A stretch of 17,908 bases of DNA from Candidatus Krumholzibacteriia bacterium (GCA_046754105.1 JBHHVD010000067.1:1-17908); one strand, 5' to 3'. Positions 1 through 7,773 are shown, counted from the stretch's first letter. Made by a program: numbers and translations. The notes: a model not told the origin generated them from the sequence alone.

Positions 1-455
1 GAGGCGAGGTACTTGCGCGGGTACAGGGCCTTGTCGATGTCGATGGCGACGAAACCGGAGATGAGCACGCCGGGGATCTCGCGCGCGGGGTACGTGGACG
101 GCTGATTGATCACGATGCTTTTTAACCCCGAACGGCCCAGACGATCCCAAATCGTTTCCGTCTGCAGGTCGCGAAAGGAAGGGAAGCGCAGGCTATATGC
201 GCCCTCCTTGAGGTCGGTAAAACCGAAGATGCCGTGCTCGCCGGGGTTCTTGCCGGTCATGAAGGTCGACCAGCTGACCGATGATATCTCGGGCAAGGTT
301 ACCGTCATCGAGCGCAGCACACCCGAGGCCATGATCTCACGGGTCTTGGGCATGACCCCCTGCTCCATGAGCCGCGTGAGCATCGAGTGCGGCACGCCGT
401 CGAGGCCGATGACACAGGCCCGCTTGCCCTTTTTCTTGAAAAGCTTGAACGCCAT
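1..455 (-). CDS. Alkaline phosphatase superfamily protein (type I phosphodiesterase/nucleotide pyrophosphatase-like), N-terminal 151 aa; gene continues beyond the window start
   Basis: Not in the ORF track because there is no stop in the window. Manual translation from ATG at 455 (SD GAGGAAG): MAFKLFKKKGKRACVIGLDGVPHS...LPEISSVSWSTFMTGKNPGEHGIFGF...TIWDRL...VINQPSTYP. The IGLDG, PxxS...W..FMTGxNPGxHG and PxTYP motifs are typical of this family. Confidence 0.9.
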   Translation of the reverse strand, partial: MAFKLFKKKGKRACVIGLDGVPHSMLTRLMEQGVMPKTREIMASGVLRSMTVTLPEISSVSWSTFMTGKNPGEHGIFGFTDLKEGAYSLRFPSFRDLQTETIWDRLGRSGLKSIVINQPSTYPAREIPGVLISGFVAIDIDKALYPRKYLA

Positions 456-512
456 TTTGCTCTTCCTCGCTCCGGCCGCCCGGGGTCGCCCGCTCGCGCG
501 GGGCACACCGGA

Positions 513-1115
513 CTAGATGTAGCCCAGGTCCTTGAGACGGGCCTTTATCTTTTCCTCCTCGGCGTCCGAGTACTCGCTCTCGGCATCGGCGCCCGGCACG
601 TAGTTCATGAGCTCGAGCGTGCGGATGATCTTTTGCAGGCTCACGTCGACGTCTTCCTTGTCGGTCTCGACCAGGATCTCCGGGTTTTCCGGTGCTTCGT
701 ACGGATCGGACACGCCGGTGAAGTTCTTGATCTCGCCGGCGAGCGCCTTCTTGTACATGCCCTTGACGTCGCGCTCGGTCAGCACCTCGACCGGTGCCTT
801 GACGTAGACCTCGACGAAACGGTCGTGGGCGGCACGGATCTCGTCGCGGATCGCCTTGTAGGGCGAGATGGCCGCTGCGATGGCGACGGCGCCGTTTCTC
901 GACAAGAGCTTGCACACGTAACCGATGCGGCGGATATTGATGTCGCGGTCTTCCTTGGAGAAGGTAAGTCCCTTGCTCAGGTTCTCGCGCACCTCGTCGC
1001 CGTCGAGCACCTCGACGTTGACGCCGCGCTCTAAGAGCACCTCTTCGAGTTTTCTTGCCAGGGTCGACTTGCCCGAACAGGGAAGTCCGGTAAACCACAG
1101 TGTGAAACCTTTCAT
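513..1115 (-). CDS. cysC: Adenylyl-sulfate (APS) kinase, 200 aa, with an extra C-terminal LGY tail
   Basis: Start MKGFTLWFTGLPCSGKST after SD AGGAGG. Motifs LDGDEVRENL, DRDINIRRIG, AISPY, RDVKGMYKKA and FTGVSDPYEAPE. The ORF-track start at 1706 is an overlap artefact. Confidence 0.96.
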   Translation of the reverse strand: MKGFTLWFTGLPCSGKSTLARKLEEVLLERGVNVEVLDGDEVRENLSKGLTFSKEDRDINIRRIGYVCKLLSRNGAVAIAAAISPYKAIRDEIRAAHDRFVEVYVKAPVEVLTERDVKGMYKKALAGEIKNFTGVSDPYEAPENPEILVETDKEDVDVSLQKIIRTLELMNYVPGADAESEYSDAEEEKIKARLKDLGYI

Positions 1116-1135
1116 GCTGCCTCCTTGTGGCGGGT

Positions 1136-2515
1136 TTACAACGGCCGCCCGATCATCTCTTCGGGAACCGGTATCGAGTAATAGTCGAGAATTGAGGGAG
1201 CGACGTCGTAAATGGACACCTTCTGGTCGGGACCGCTCCCCGGCTTGCCCCGGTTGTGCCAGATGAAAATACCTTCCTGCGCGTGGTTGGCGTCGTCGGG
1301 CCCCGTGTCGTTCTCGAACAGGTGGATCGTATCGTGACCGATGGTACCGGCGCTTCGCCAGTTGAGGTCGCCGAGGTAGACGATGAGGTCGGGCGCGATG
1401 TTCTTGCATTCCCGGTACAACTCTTCGGGCAGAAATACTTTCGTGCCGATGGGATTGCCGTTCTCGTCGGGAATGGCTTCGATCTTCTCCTTTAGCGTCA
1501 TGCGAAACGAATCGTACTCCGCTGCGGGAATGGTGCCGTTGGGCTCGCGGCCTTCGACGTTCATGAAGATGCGAGCGTAGTAGCCGCCCTCGCCCCACAC
1601 CCTGGTCTTCGGCCAGTCGATATTGTTGGTGCGAAGGCTCTTCGGTTTGGCCGGGTACTTCTTGACCGTGAGCAGGCCCTCTCGCATCAGCCACTCGTTG
1701 ATACAAATGCCACCGTGCATGCCCTTGGCGCCGTGGTCGGAGACGACGATGACAGAGGTATCGTCCGGCACGGCGTCTAACGTGCGGCCGACTTCCTTGT
1801 CCATATAAACGTAGTAGTCGTGCAGGGCGCTGGAGTACCGGTTGTCTTTTTCGTAGAGCCGGTGTTCCGGCTCGCCGTAGCGCCAGAAGCCGTGGTGCAG
1901 GCGGTCGGGACCCATCTCGACCATCATCGCGAAGTCCCAGTCCTCGGTAGTGACCATGTGGCGGAACGCCTTGAAGCGCCTCTCGGTCATCGTATAAATC
2001 TGGCCGAGCAGGCGATCCTTCTCCGAGGTGCGGAAGTCCTTGACGTCGATGATGTAGTCGCCGTCGGCCGCCGCATCGAGGGTCGCCTTGTAGTCAGCGG
2101 GATGGGTGAAGTCCACGTCCTTGCCCGGCGTCAAGAAGCTGGACACCAGGATGCCGTTCAAGGGCTTCGGCGGGTAGGTAAGCGGCACGCCGAGAATGAG
2201 TGAGCGCAGGCGGCTGCGCGAAAGGTGATTCCACACCGTCTTGGCGCCGATGTACTTGGAATTGGTGATGTAGAGGTCCTCGTAGGCGTGCGACTTGCGG
2301 TTGCGAAAACCGTAACAGCCGAGCATGCCCGGGTCCTGCGACGTCATCATCGCCATCCACGCCGGTACGGTGATCGGCGGCACGGTGGAGACGAGGTTGC
2401 CGTAGAGCCCGTCGCCCATGAGCCGCTTGATATTGGGCATTTCATCCAGCCACTTGCCGTAGAGCAGTTGGGGTGTCACGCAATCGAGACCGATTATCAT
2501 CAGGCGTTTGCTCAT
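1136..2515 (-). CDS. Alkaline phosphatase superfamily protein (NPP/phosphodiesterase-like), 459 aa, no signal peptide
   Basis: Start MSKRLMIIGLDC after SD GGAG. Predicted nucleophile Thr49 in PPITVPAW, and metal-ligand motifs GLD, DRLHH, VSDHG and DANH. Ends YDVAPSILDY...MIGRPL. Confidence 0.92.
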   Translation of the reverse strand: MSKRLMIIGLDCVTPQLLYGKWLDEMPNIKRLMGDGLYGNLVSTVPPITVPAWMAMMTSQDPGMLGCYGFRNRKSHAYEDLYITNSKYIGAKTVWNHLSRSRLRSLILGVPLTYPPKPLNGILVSSFLTPGKDVDFTHPADYKATLDAAADGDYIIDVKDFRTSEKDRLLGQIYTMTERRFKAFRHMVTTEDWDFAMMVEMGPDRLHHGFWRYGEPEHRLYEKDNRYSSALHDYYVYMDKEVGRTLDAVPDDTSVIVVSDHGAKGMHGGICINEWLMREGLLTVKKYPAKPKSLRTNNIDWPKTRVWGEGGYYARIFMNVEGREPNGTIPAAEYDSFRMTLKEKIEAIPDENGNPIGTKVFLPEELYRECKNIAPDLIVYLGDLNWRSAGTIGHDTIHLFENDTGPDDANHAQEGIFIWHNRGKPGSGPDQKVSIYDVAPSILDYYSIPVPEEMIGRPL

Positions 2516-2570
2516 TCTACGTTCTCCATGTCCGGCGCAAAAAGCGCCCAGGGACTTCGGGTGCAAGAAA

Positions 2571-3743
2571 CTAGCTCGCCGCGCGTTCGGGCTTTTTCGT
2601 GTAAAAATCCTCCAGCACGGCGGCGACTTCGCGGCGCGTGAACTCGGCCGGTAGTTTCTCTCCGGCCTGAAGCATCTCGCGCACCTTGGTACCGCTCAAG
2701 AAAACGCGGTCCTCTTTGCCATGCGCGCAGGTCTTGTGCGACGCCATGCCCGCGCATTTCTTACAATAAAAGGCGTGATCGAAAAACACCGGGGTGATTT
2801 CCAGTTCGCCCGGTTCGAACTCGTCGAAGATCTTCTGCGCGTCGTAGGTGCCGTAGTAGCTCCCGACGCCGGCGTGGTCGCGTCCGACGATGAAATGCGT
2901 ACAGCCGTAGTTCTTGCGCAGGATGGCGTGGAACACGGCCTCGCGCGGGCCCGCATACCGCATCGCCGCGGGAAGAATGGACAGCGCCACCCTTTCCTTG
3001 GGAAAATAGTGGTTCATCATGGAGAGGTAGCACTGCATGCGCACGTCGGCGGGGATGTCGTCGGACTTGGTCTCTCCCATGATGGGGTGGATCAGGAGAC
3101 CGTCGACGGATTCGAGCGCGCACTTTTGCAGGTACTCGTGGGCGCGGTGGATCGGGTTGCGGGTTTGAAAGGCGACCACGCGCTCCCAGCCCTTGGCCTT
3201 GAAGAGCACGCGCGACTCGCGGGGCTCGAGCAGCGAGGCGGCAAAACGCTCGTCGTCGACCACCTCGTTTAGGAGGGTAACGGGGCCGCCCGCGTACATA
3301 CCGTACAGGCTATTGAGAAACTTCACGCCCGGGTGCGCGTCGTCGCTCGTCAAGTAGACTTTCTCCGCCTCCCGTACCTTGTCGTTCTTGTAGATATCGA
3401 CGACGTCCATCACGGCGAGAACGGCGCCCGCTTCGCTCTTTAGCGCGGCGCGAAAGGGCGGGGTCATCGTCGCCACCACATCGTCTTTGACGGACAGCGT
3501 CACGGGGATCGGCCACACGAGACCCAGCGGCAGGCGTTTGCGCTCGAGCACGCTGTCGTACTCCGCGTACGTCATGAACCCCTCGAGCGGGCTCATGGCG
3601 CCGTTGGCGATGAGCCCGAGGTCGGAAAACTCGCGGCGGTTGAGCGTGATCGAGGGAAGCGACGCCGCTTCCTCCAGCAGGGTCGCGCGGGTCTTGTCGT
3701 CGGCTTTGCGGTTAATGAGTCGTCCACCATGCGCCCGTATCAT
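2571..3743 (-). CDS. sat: Sulfate adenylyltransferase (homo-oligomeric Sat-type ATP sulfurylase), 390 aa
   Basis: Motifs AHGGRLINR, SPLEGFM, FQTRNPIHRAHEY, MRYAGPREAVFHA, GRDHAG, Zn-site CKKC...CAH and LSGTKVREML. SD GAGGA. Confidence 0.97.
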   Translation of the reverse strand: MIRAHGGRLINRKADDKTRATLLEEAASLPSITLNRREFSDLGLIANGAMSPLEGFMTYAEYDSVLERKRLPLGLVWPIPVTLSVKDDVVATMTPPFRAALKSEAGAVLAVMDVVDIYKNDKVREAEKVYLTSDDAHPGVKFLNSLYGMYAGGPVTLLNEVVDDERFAASLLEPRESRVLFKAKGWERVVAFQTRNPIHRAHEYLQKCALESVDGLLIHPIMGETKSDDIPADVRMQCYLSMMNHYFPKERVALSILPAAMRYAGPREAVFHAILRKNYGCTHFIVGRDHAGVGSYYGTYDAQKIFDEFEPGELEITPVFFDHAFYCKKCAGMASHKTCAHGKEDRVFLSGTKVREMLQAGEKLPAEFTRREVAAVLEDFYTKKPERAAS

Positions 3744-3785
3744 CTTGTCCTCATCCCTTTCGTTGCGGGGTCGGTCGTGCCTGGT

Positions 3786-4055
3786 TCAGTCGAGGTAGCC
3801 CAGGTTGCGAAGTTTCTGTTTGAGAGCCTTGAGTTCTTCCGGAGAGAATTCCTCGGACTCGTCATCCGCCGCTCCGGCTTCGCGCGAGCCCGCCGCGGCG
3901 GCGCGCGGCTCGGCCTTGCCCGTCTCGCTCAGCACGTCGCGCAGGACGTAGACGATGAAATCGGTGGCGGAGTTGAAGCCCGAGTCCGTAATCAGGTGCT
4001 GTATCTTGACATACAGCCGCCGCGGTATCTTGATCGTCACTTTGTCGTTGGGCAT
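3786..4055 (-). CDS. Small CopG/ribbon-helix-helix DNA-binding protein with flexible linker and C-terminal LGY tail, 89 aa
   Basis: N-terminal KVTIKIPRRLYVKIQHLI...GFNSATDFIVYVLRDVL fits the beta-alpha-alpha RHH pattern. It is followed by an Ala/Gly/Glu linker and the tail EEFSPEELKALKQKLRNLGYLD. First gene after the promoter. Confidence 0.88.
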   Translation of the reverse strand: MPNDKVTIKIPRRLYVKIQHLITDSGFNSATDFIVYVLRDVLSETGKAEPRAAAAGSREAGAADDESEEFSPEELKALKQKLRNLGYLD

Positions 4056-4057
4056 TG

Positions 4058-4096
4058 GGGCTCCCGGACGAGCCTGTTGAGGCTCTTATCAGGCTC
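4058..4096. promoter_or_regulatory. Candidate operator: four RGGCTC/GAGCCT hexamers between the transcription start and the start codon
   Basis: GGGCTC 4058-4063, GAGCCT 4070-4075, AGGCTC 4080-4085 and AGGCTC 4091-4096. These form a palindrome GAGCCT-N4-AGGCTC plus a direct repeat with 11-bp period. Confidence 0.45.
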
Positions 4097-4106
4097 TGAT
4101 TAGAGT

Positions 4107-4135
4107 ATTATAGGAGAACCAAGCCGGATTTTCAA
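4107..4135 (-). promoter_or_regulatory. Sigma70-type promoter of the RHH-sat-AP-cysC-AP operon
   Basis: Minus strand TTGAAA (4135-4130), 17 bp spacer, TATAAT (4112-4107), about 50 bp upstream of the RHH start. Confidence 0.8.
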
Positions 4136-4160
4136 GGTCAAAATCCGCGATTTCGAACAC

Positions 4161-4376
4161 ATGCACATCGACTCGGACGGGTACCTGTTGTTTCAACTGG
4201 ACGGCGATGACGAGCGGACGGCGCGCTACGACGTATTCACGTCCGGCGGCGAATTCGTAAACACCGCCACGTTGCCAAGGTTGAAACGGACCGCGATACT
4301 ATCCAACGGCGTTATCTACAGTATTGAACTCTACGATGAGGAATCGCTGGTGGTGTACCGATATCGCCGATCCTGA
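4161..4376 (+). pseudogene. Probable C-terminal remnant of a beta-propeller protein (71 aa)
   Basis: HIDSDGYLLF...YDVFTSGGEFV...LP...NGVIYSI...LVVYRY resembles the last blades of 6-bladed beta-propeller proteins. It is too short for a full propeller and has no SD near the ATG. Confidence 0.45.
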
Positions 4377-4446
4377 GGCGCCGCACGCGGCGCGCATCGT
4401 GACAACGGCCGGGACGCCGGACAACCCCGGGCGTCGTGGTGCGCTG

Positions 4447-5169
4447 TCAGGAAGCCGGGCTTCGCCCGGTCCGCCGCCGCATGGCCCAGATCCCGGCGGC
4501 GAGCATCAAGACCGCGGCCGTTATCATTCCCCACTCCGACAGTGCAGGAATGATACTGCTCGGGCCGGCGAGCGATACGAAGGCCGTGGGAAACAGCTGC
4601 GACGGTGTGCCCGGCAGGCAGACGGCGGCCGAGCGCGCAGAAGCGAGCGCCCCACTGCCGCCCCCCTTGCTGCCCGCGACGGGGCTGCCACCGGCGGGCC
4701 CTTTGGAAGACGTTCGCAGCACCCCGAGATCGAGCTGCGACACGAGGTCGTTGAACGTACTCCCGCCCGCAAGCGTTATAAAAAAGCGCAGCGTCACCGG
4801 TCGCAGGCTGTCGATCTGGGAGCTGGTGGTGGCGATGAATGCCTGGGCCGGTGAACCGAAGAGTGTCGTGAAGTCGGAGGAGCACGCCGTGGACATGGAA
4901 AAGTTGAAGTTTCCGGGGTGGCCTTCGATCTCGGCGCGCGCCGAATCGACCGACTGAATCGACGGCAGAAACTTGAGCGCGATGGCGCACTGCGCGGTCG
5001 GACCGATAAATCGTGTCCTGAAACCGACCATGCGGATTTCACCTTGCGTCGCCGTCATCGGGATGACCCACGTGTCGGGCTCGCCCGTCGAGTGTGTAAA
5101 GCACGCCAGTGCGGGTATGGCAGTGATGCCGAGAACGAACGCGGCCAACAGGCCGATTGCTTTTTTCAT
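4447..5169 (-). CDS. Secreted protein with IPTL-CTERM sorting signal, 240 aa
   Basis: Signal peptide MKKAIGLLAAFVLGITAIPALA. C-terminus IPALSEWG, a transmembrane helix and RRR match the IPTLxxWG-CTERM pattern. Confidence 0.85.
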   Translation of the reverse strand: MKKAIGLLAAFVLGITAIPALACFTHSTGEPDTWVIPMTATQGEIRMVGFRTRFIGPTAQCAIALKFLPSIQSVDSARAEIEGHPGNFNFSMSTACSSDFTTLFGSPAQAFIATTSSQIDSLRPVTLRFFITLAGGSTFNDLVSQLDLGVLRTSSKGPAGGSPVAGSKGGGSGALASARSAAVCLPGTPSQLFPTAFVSLAGPSSIIPALSEWGMITAAVLMLAAGIWAMRRRTGRSPAS

Positions 5170-5204
5170 AGACCGCCCCTTAGGTTTGAGACGTGCCCTT
5201 AAGC

Positions 5205-5245
5205 TTGTGAGGACAACATTATATCATATATAATGGCCCAGTCAA
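5205..5245. promoter_or_regulatory. Overlapping bidirectional sigma70 promoters
   Basis: Minus strand: TTGACT (5245-5240), 16 bp, TGA-TATAAT (-10 at 5223-5218). Plus strand: TTGTGA (5205-5210), 18 bp, TATAAT (5229-5234). Central inverted repeat CATTATAT-N3-ATATAATG. Confidence 0.65.
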
Positions 5246-5265
5246 TCGCGGAATGGGCGTACTGA

Positions 5266-7773
5266 ATGATCGGCAAGACGGTTGGGCACTACAGAATCCT
5301 CGAGAAGCTCGGGCAGGGCGGTATGGGCGTCGTCTACAAGGCCGTCGATACGCGTCTCGATCGTCACGTCGCCATCAAGTTTCTCGCACCGCACCTGAGC
5401 GCCGACGGCAACGCGCGCACGCGCTTTATCCACGAAGCCAGGGCCGCCTCCGCACTCGACCACCCCAACATCGGTACTATCTATGAAATCGGCGAGGCGT
5501 CCGACGGACGCACGTTTATCTCCATGGCGTACTACGAGGGGGAGACGCTGCAGGAACGCCTGCAAAAGGAATCGGTCGCTACGGAGGAAGCGCTCGACAT
5601 CATCCTCCAGATCGCCTCGGGCCTGGCCGAGGCCCACGGCCGCGACATCGTTCATCGTGATATCAAACCCGCCAACGTCCTCGTGACCCGCAGCGGCCAG
5701 GCGAAGATCGTCGACTTCGGACTTGCAAAACTGAGCGGCCACACGCGCGTGACCCAAACCGGCATGACGCTGGGCACCGTTGCCTACATGTCCCCCGAGC
5801 AGACCCGGGGCGAAGGTGTGGACCACCGCGCGGACATCTGGGCGCTCGGCGTCGTGCTGTATGAAACCCTCGCCGGCGAGCCGCCGTTCAAGGGCGGTTT
5901 CAGCGAGGCCGTGCTCTATTCGATTTTGCACGAACCGCCGGCGCCGCTGGCCGCACGCCGCTCCGACGTTCCCGAAGAACTCGAACGCATCGTCATGAAG
6001 GCGCTGACGAAAGACCCGGCGCAACGATACCAGACGGTCGGCGAGCTCGTATCGGACCTGACCGTGTTACGGGATGCGCTCCGTACGGGAAGCCGGCCGG
6101 TGCTGCGAGCGCCGCGCTGGAGAAAACCCGGGGCCAAAACGCTCGCGCGCGGCGGGATCGCCGTCCTGGTTGTCGTAGCCGCCGCCTTCGCGGCGAGGTT
6201 TTTTGCTGTGGGACCGGGGGTGCCGGCCGCGACGGCCGTGGCCGTGCTGCCGTTCGAAAACCTCAGTGATGATAAGGAAAACGAGTACTTCAGCGACGGT
6301 ATCACCGAGGACATCCTCACCCAGCTATCGAAGATCGGCGCGCTGACCGTGATATCCCGTGCGTCCGTGATGGGCTACAAGGGGAGCAACAAGAAGGTCA
6401 AAGAAATCGGCAAGGAACTCGGCGTGGGCACCATCCTGTCCGGCAGCGTGCGGCGCTCCGGGGACCAGGTGCGCATCGTCGGGCGGCTGATCGACGCCAC
6501 TACCGAGCGACAGCTATGGAGCGACTCCTACGACCGCGAAATGAGCGACATCTTTGCCATCCAAAGCGACGTTGCCGAGCAAATCGCCGCCGCATTGCGG
6601 GCCAGGCTGACGCCGATCGAGAAGCAGCGCATCGAGAAACCGCCCACTCGGAACCTGACGGCGTATGACTATTACCTCAAGGGTCGCGGTTACTACTACG
6701 AGTACAATCAACAGGCGAACGAAAACGCGATCGAGCTTTTCAAGAGTGCGATCAAACTCGACGACGGATTTGCACTCGCCTTTGCCGGCCTGGGCAACGC
6801 GTACGCCCAGCGCTCGAACCGGTTTCAGATGGGCAGTGAGTGGGCTGACTCGGCGAATGCGGCCAGTGAGCGTGCGCTGGCCCTCGACCCGGAACTCGCC
6901 GAGGCGCACAAGTCGCTCGGGTTGGCCTATTTCGTCAAGGGGCACCTGCACAAAGCACTCGAATTGACGCAGAGATCGGTCGACATCAACCCCAACTTCG
7001 CCGGTGCGATCGGAAACATCGGTGGTATATTGATCAGTATGGGCCGGTGTGACGAGGCGCTGCCGTGGATGAAAAAAGCGGTGACGTTGAGCCCCACCCG
7101 AGGCTTCTATTATTCCGGCGTGGGCACGGCCTATTTCGGGCTCGCCGACGATGCGCGCCTGGAAGAATGGTCGCGAAGGGCGCTGGCCATCCAGCCCGAT
7201 TTCACGGGCGCCGAGGCGGGCATCGGGTTTATGTATCTGAGCCAGGGAAGGGCCGCACGGGCGAAGGAAGTGGCGGACCGGATTCTGCAGGCCAGCCCCG
7301 GAGATTTTTTCGGACTTCACCTGGCCGGCGGCGCGGCGCTGGCGCTCGGGGACTACGGCGAGGCCCGGCGGTACTACGAGGCGCTGCTCCAGGACGACGA
7401 TCTGGCCGACACCTACACGAGCAAGCGACCCTCGACCAGCCTGGGTTACGTGTACTGGAAGCAGGGAATCGCGGACAGTTCGCGTGCCATGGTCGCGCGG
7501 GCACTCGAACGCGACCACAAGGACCTGGCCGCGGGGAGTGAGTGGCCGGATATCCCCTACGACCTGGCCGCCGCGCACGCGGTCCTGGGCAACACGGAAG
7601 AAGCCTTGCAATGGCTCGAGCGCGCGATCGATGCGGGCTGGCGGTATTACCGGCTCGGGCAGAGCGATCCGCTCTTCGAGCGGCTTAGTGCGGACGAGCG
7701 CTTCGGGGCGTTGATAGATCGCGTTCGCAGGGACGTGGAACTAATGCGCGGTCGTGTCGCGGACGACGGGTGA
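5266..7773 (+). CDS. Hanks-type Ser/Thr protein kinase with hydrophobic segment, TolB-N-like domain and TPR repeats, 835 aa
   Basis: Kinase motifs GQGGMGVV, VAIK, HRDIKPAN, DFG, YMSPE and DIWALG. Hydrophobic GIAVLVVVAAAFAA segment, then AVLPFENLS...EYFSDGITEDI, then TPR-like repeats (ALALDPELAEAH, AVTLSP). Confidence 0.95.
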   Translation: MIGKTVGHYRILEKLGQGGMGVVYKAVDTRLDRHVAIKFLAPHLSADGNARTRFIHEARAASALDHPNIGTIYEIGEASDGRTFISMAYYEGETLQERLQKESVATEEALDIILQIASGLAEAHGRDIVHRDIKPANVLVTRSGQAKIVDFGLAKLSGHTRVTQTGMTLGTVAYMSPEQTRGEGVDHRADIWALGVVLYETLAGEPPFKGGFSEAVLYSILHEPPAPLAARRSDVPEELERIVMKALTKDPAQRYQTVGELVSDLTVLRDALRTGSRPVLRAPRWRKPGAKTLARGGIAVLVVVAAAFAARFFAVGPGVPAATAVAVLPFENLSDDKENEYFSDGITEDILTQLSKIGALTVISRASVMGYKGSNKKVKEIGKELGVGTILSGSVRRSGDQVRIVGRLIDATTERQLWSDSYDREMSDIFAIQSDVAEQIAAALRARLTPIEKQRIEKPPTRNLTAYDYYLKGRGYYYEYNQQANENAIELFKSAIKLDDGFALAFAGLGNAYAQRSNRFQMGSEWADSANAASERALALDPELAEAHKSLGLAYFVKGHLHKALELTQRSVDINPNFAGAIGNIGGILISMGRCDEALPWMKKAVTLSPTRGFYYSGVGTAYFGLADDARLEEWSRRALAIQPDFTGAEAGIGFMYLSQGRAARAKEVADRILQASPGDFFGLHLAGGAALALGDYGEARRYYEALLQDDDLADTYTSKRPSTSLGYVYWKQGIADSSRAMVARALERDHKDLAAGSEWPDIPYDLAAAHAVLGNTEEALQWLERAIDAGWRYYRLGQSDPLFERLSADERFGALIDRVRRDVELMRGRVADDG

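Noticed and set aside
1116..1706. 197-aa N-terminal extension of CysC in the ORF track
   Set aside because: Overlaps the AP gene in another frame. The real start at 1115 has a strong SD and matches the family N-terminus.
1136..2515. AP protein as a formylglycine-dependent sulfatase
   Set aside because: Lacks [CS]xPxR and has NPP-type Thr nucleophile and metal motifs.
5095..5169. IPTL protein as a lipoprotein (ALA-C)
   Set aside because: The -3 residue is Ala preceded by Pro, which fits a signal peptidase I AxA site better than a lipobox.
6514..7611. 365-aa minus-strand ORF and other nested ORFs within the kinase, cca and thrS genes
   Set aside because: Antisense or alternate-frame shadows of clearly identified genes.
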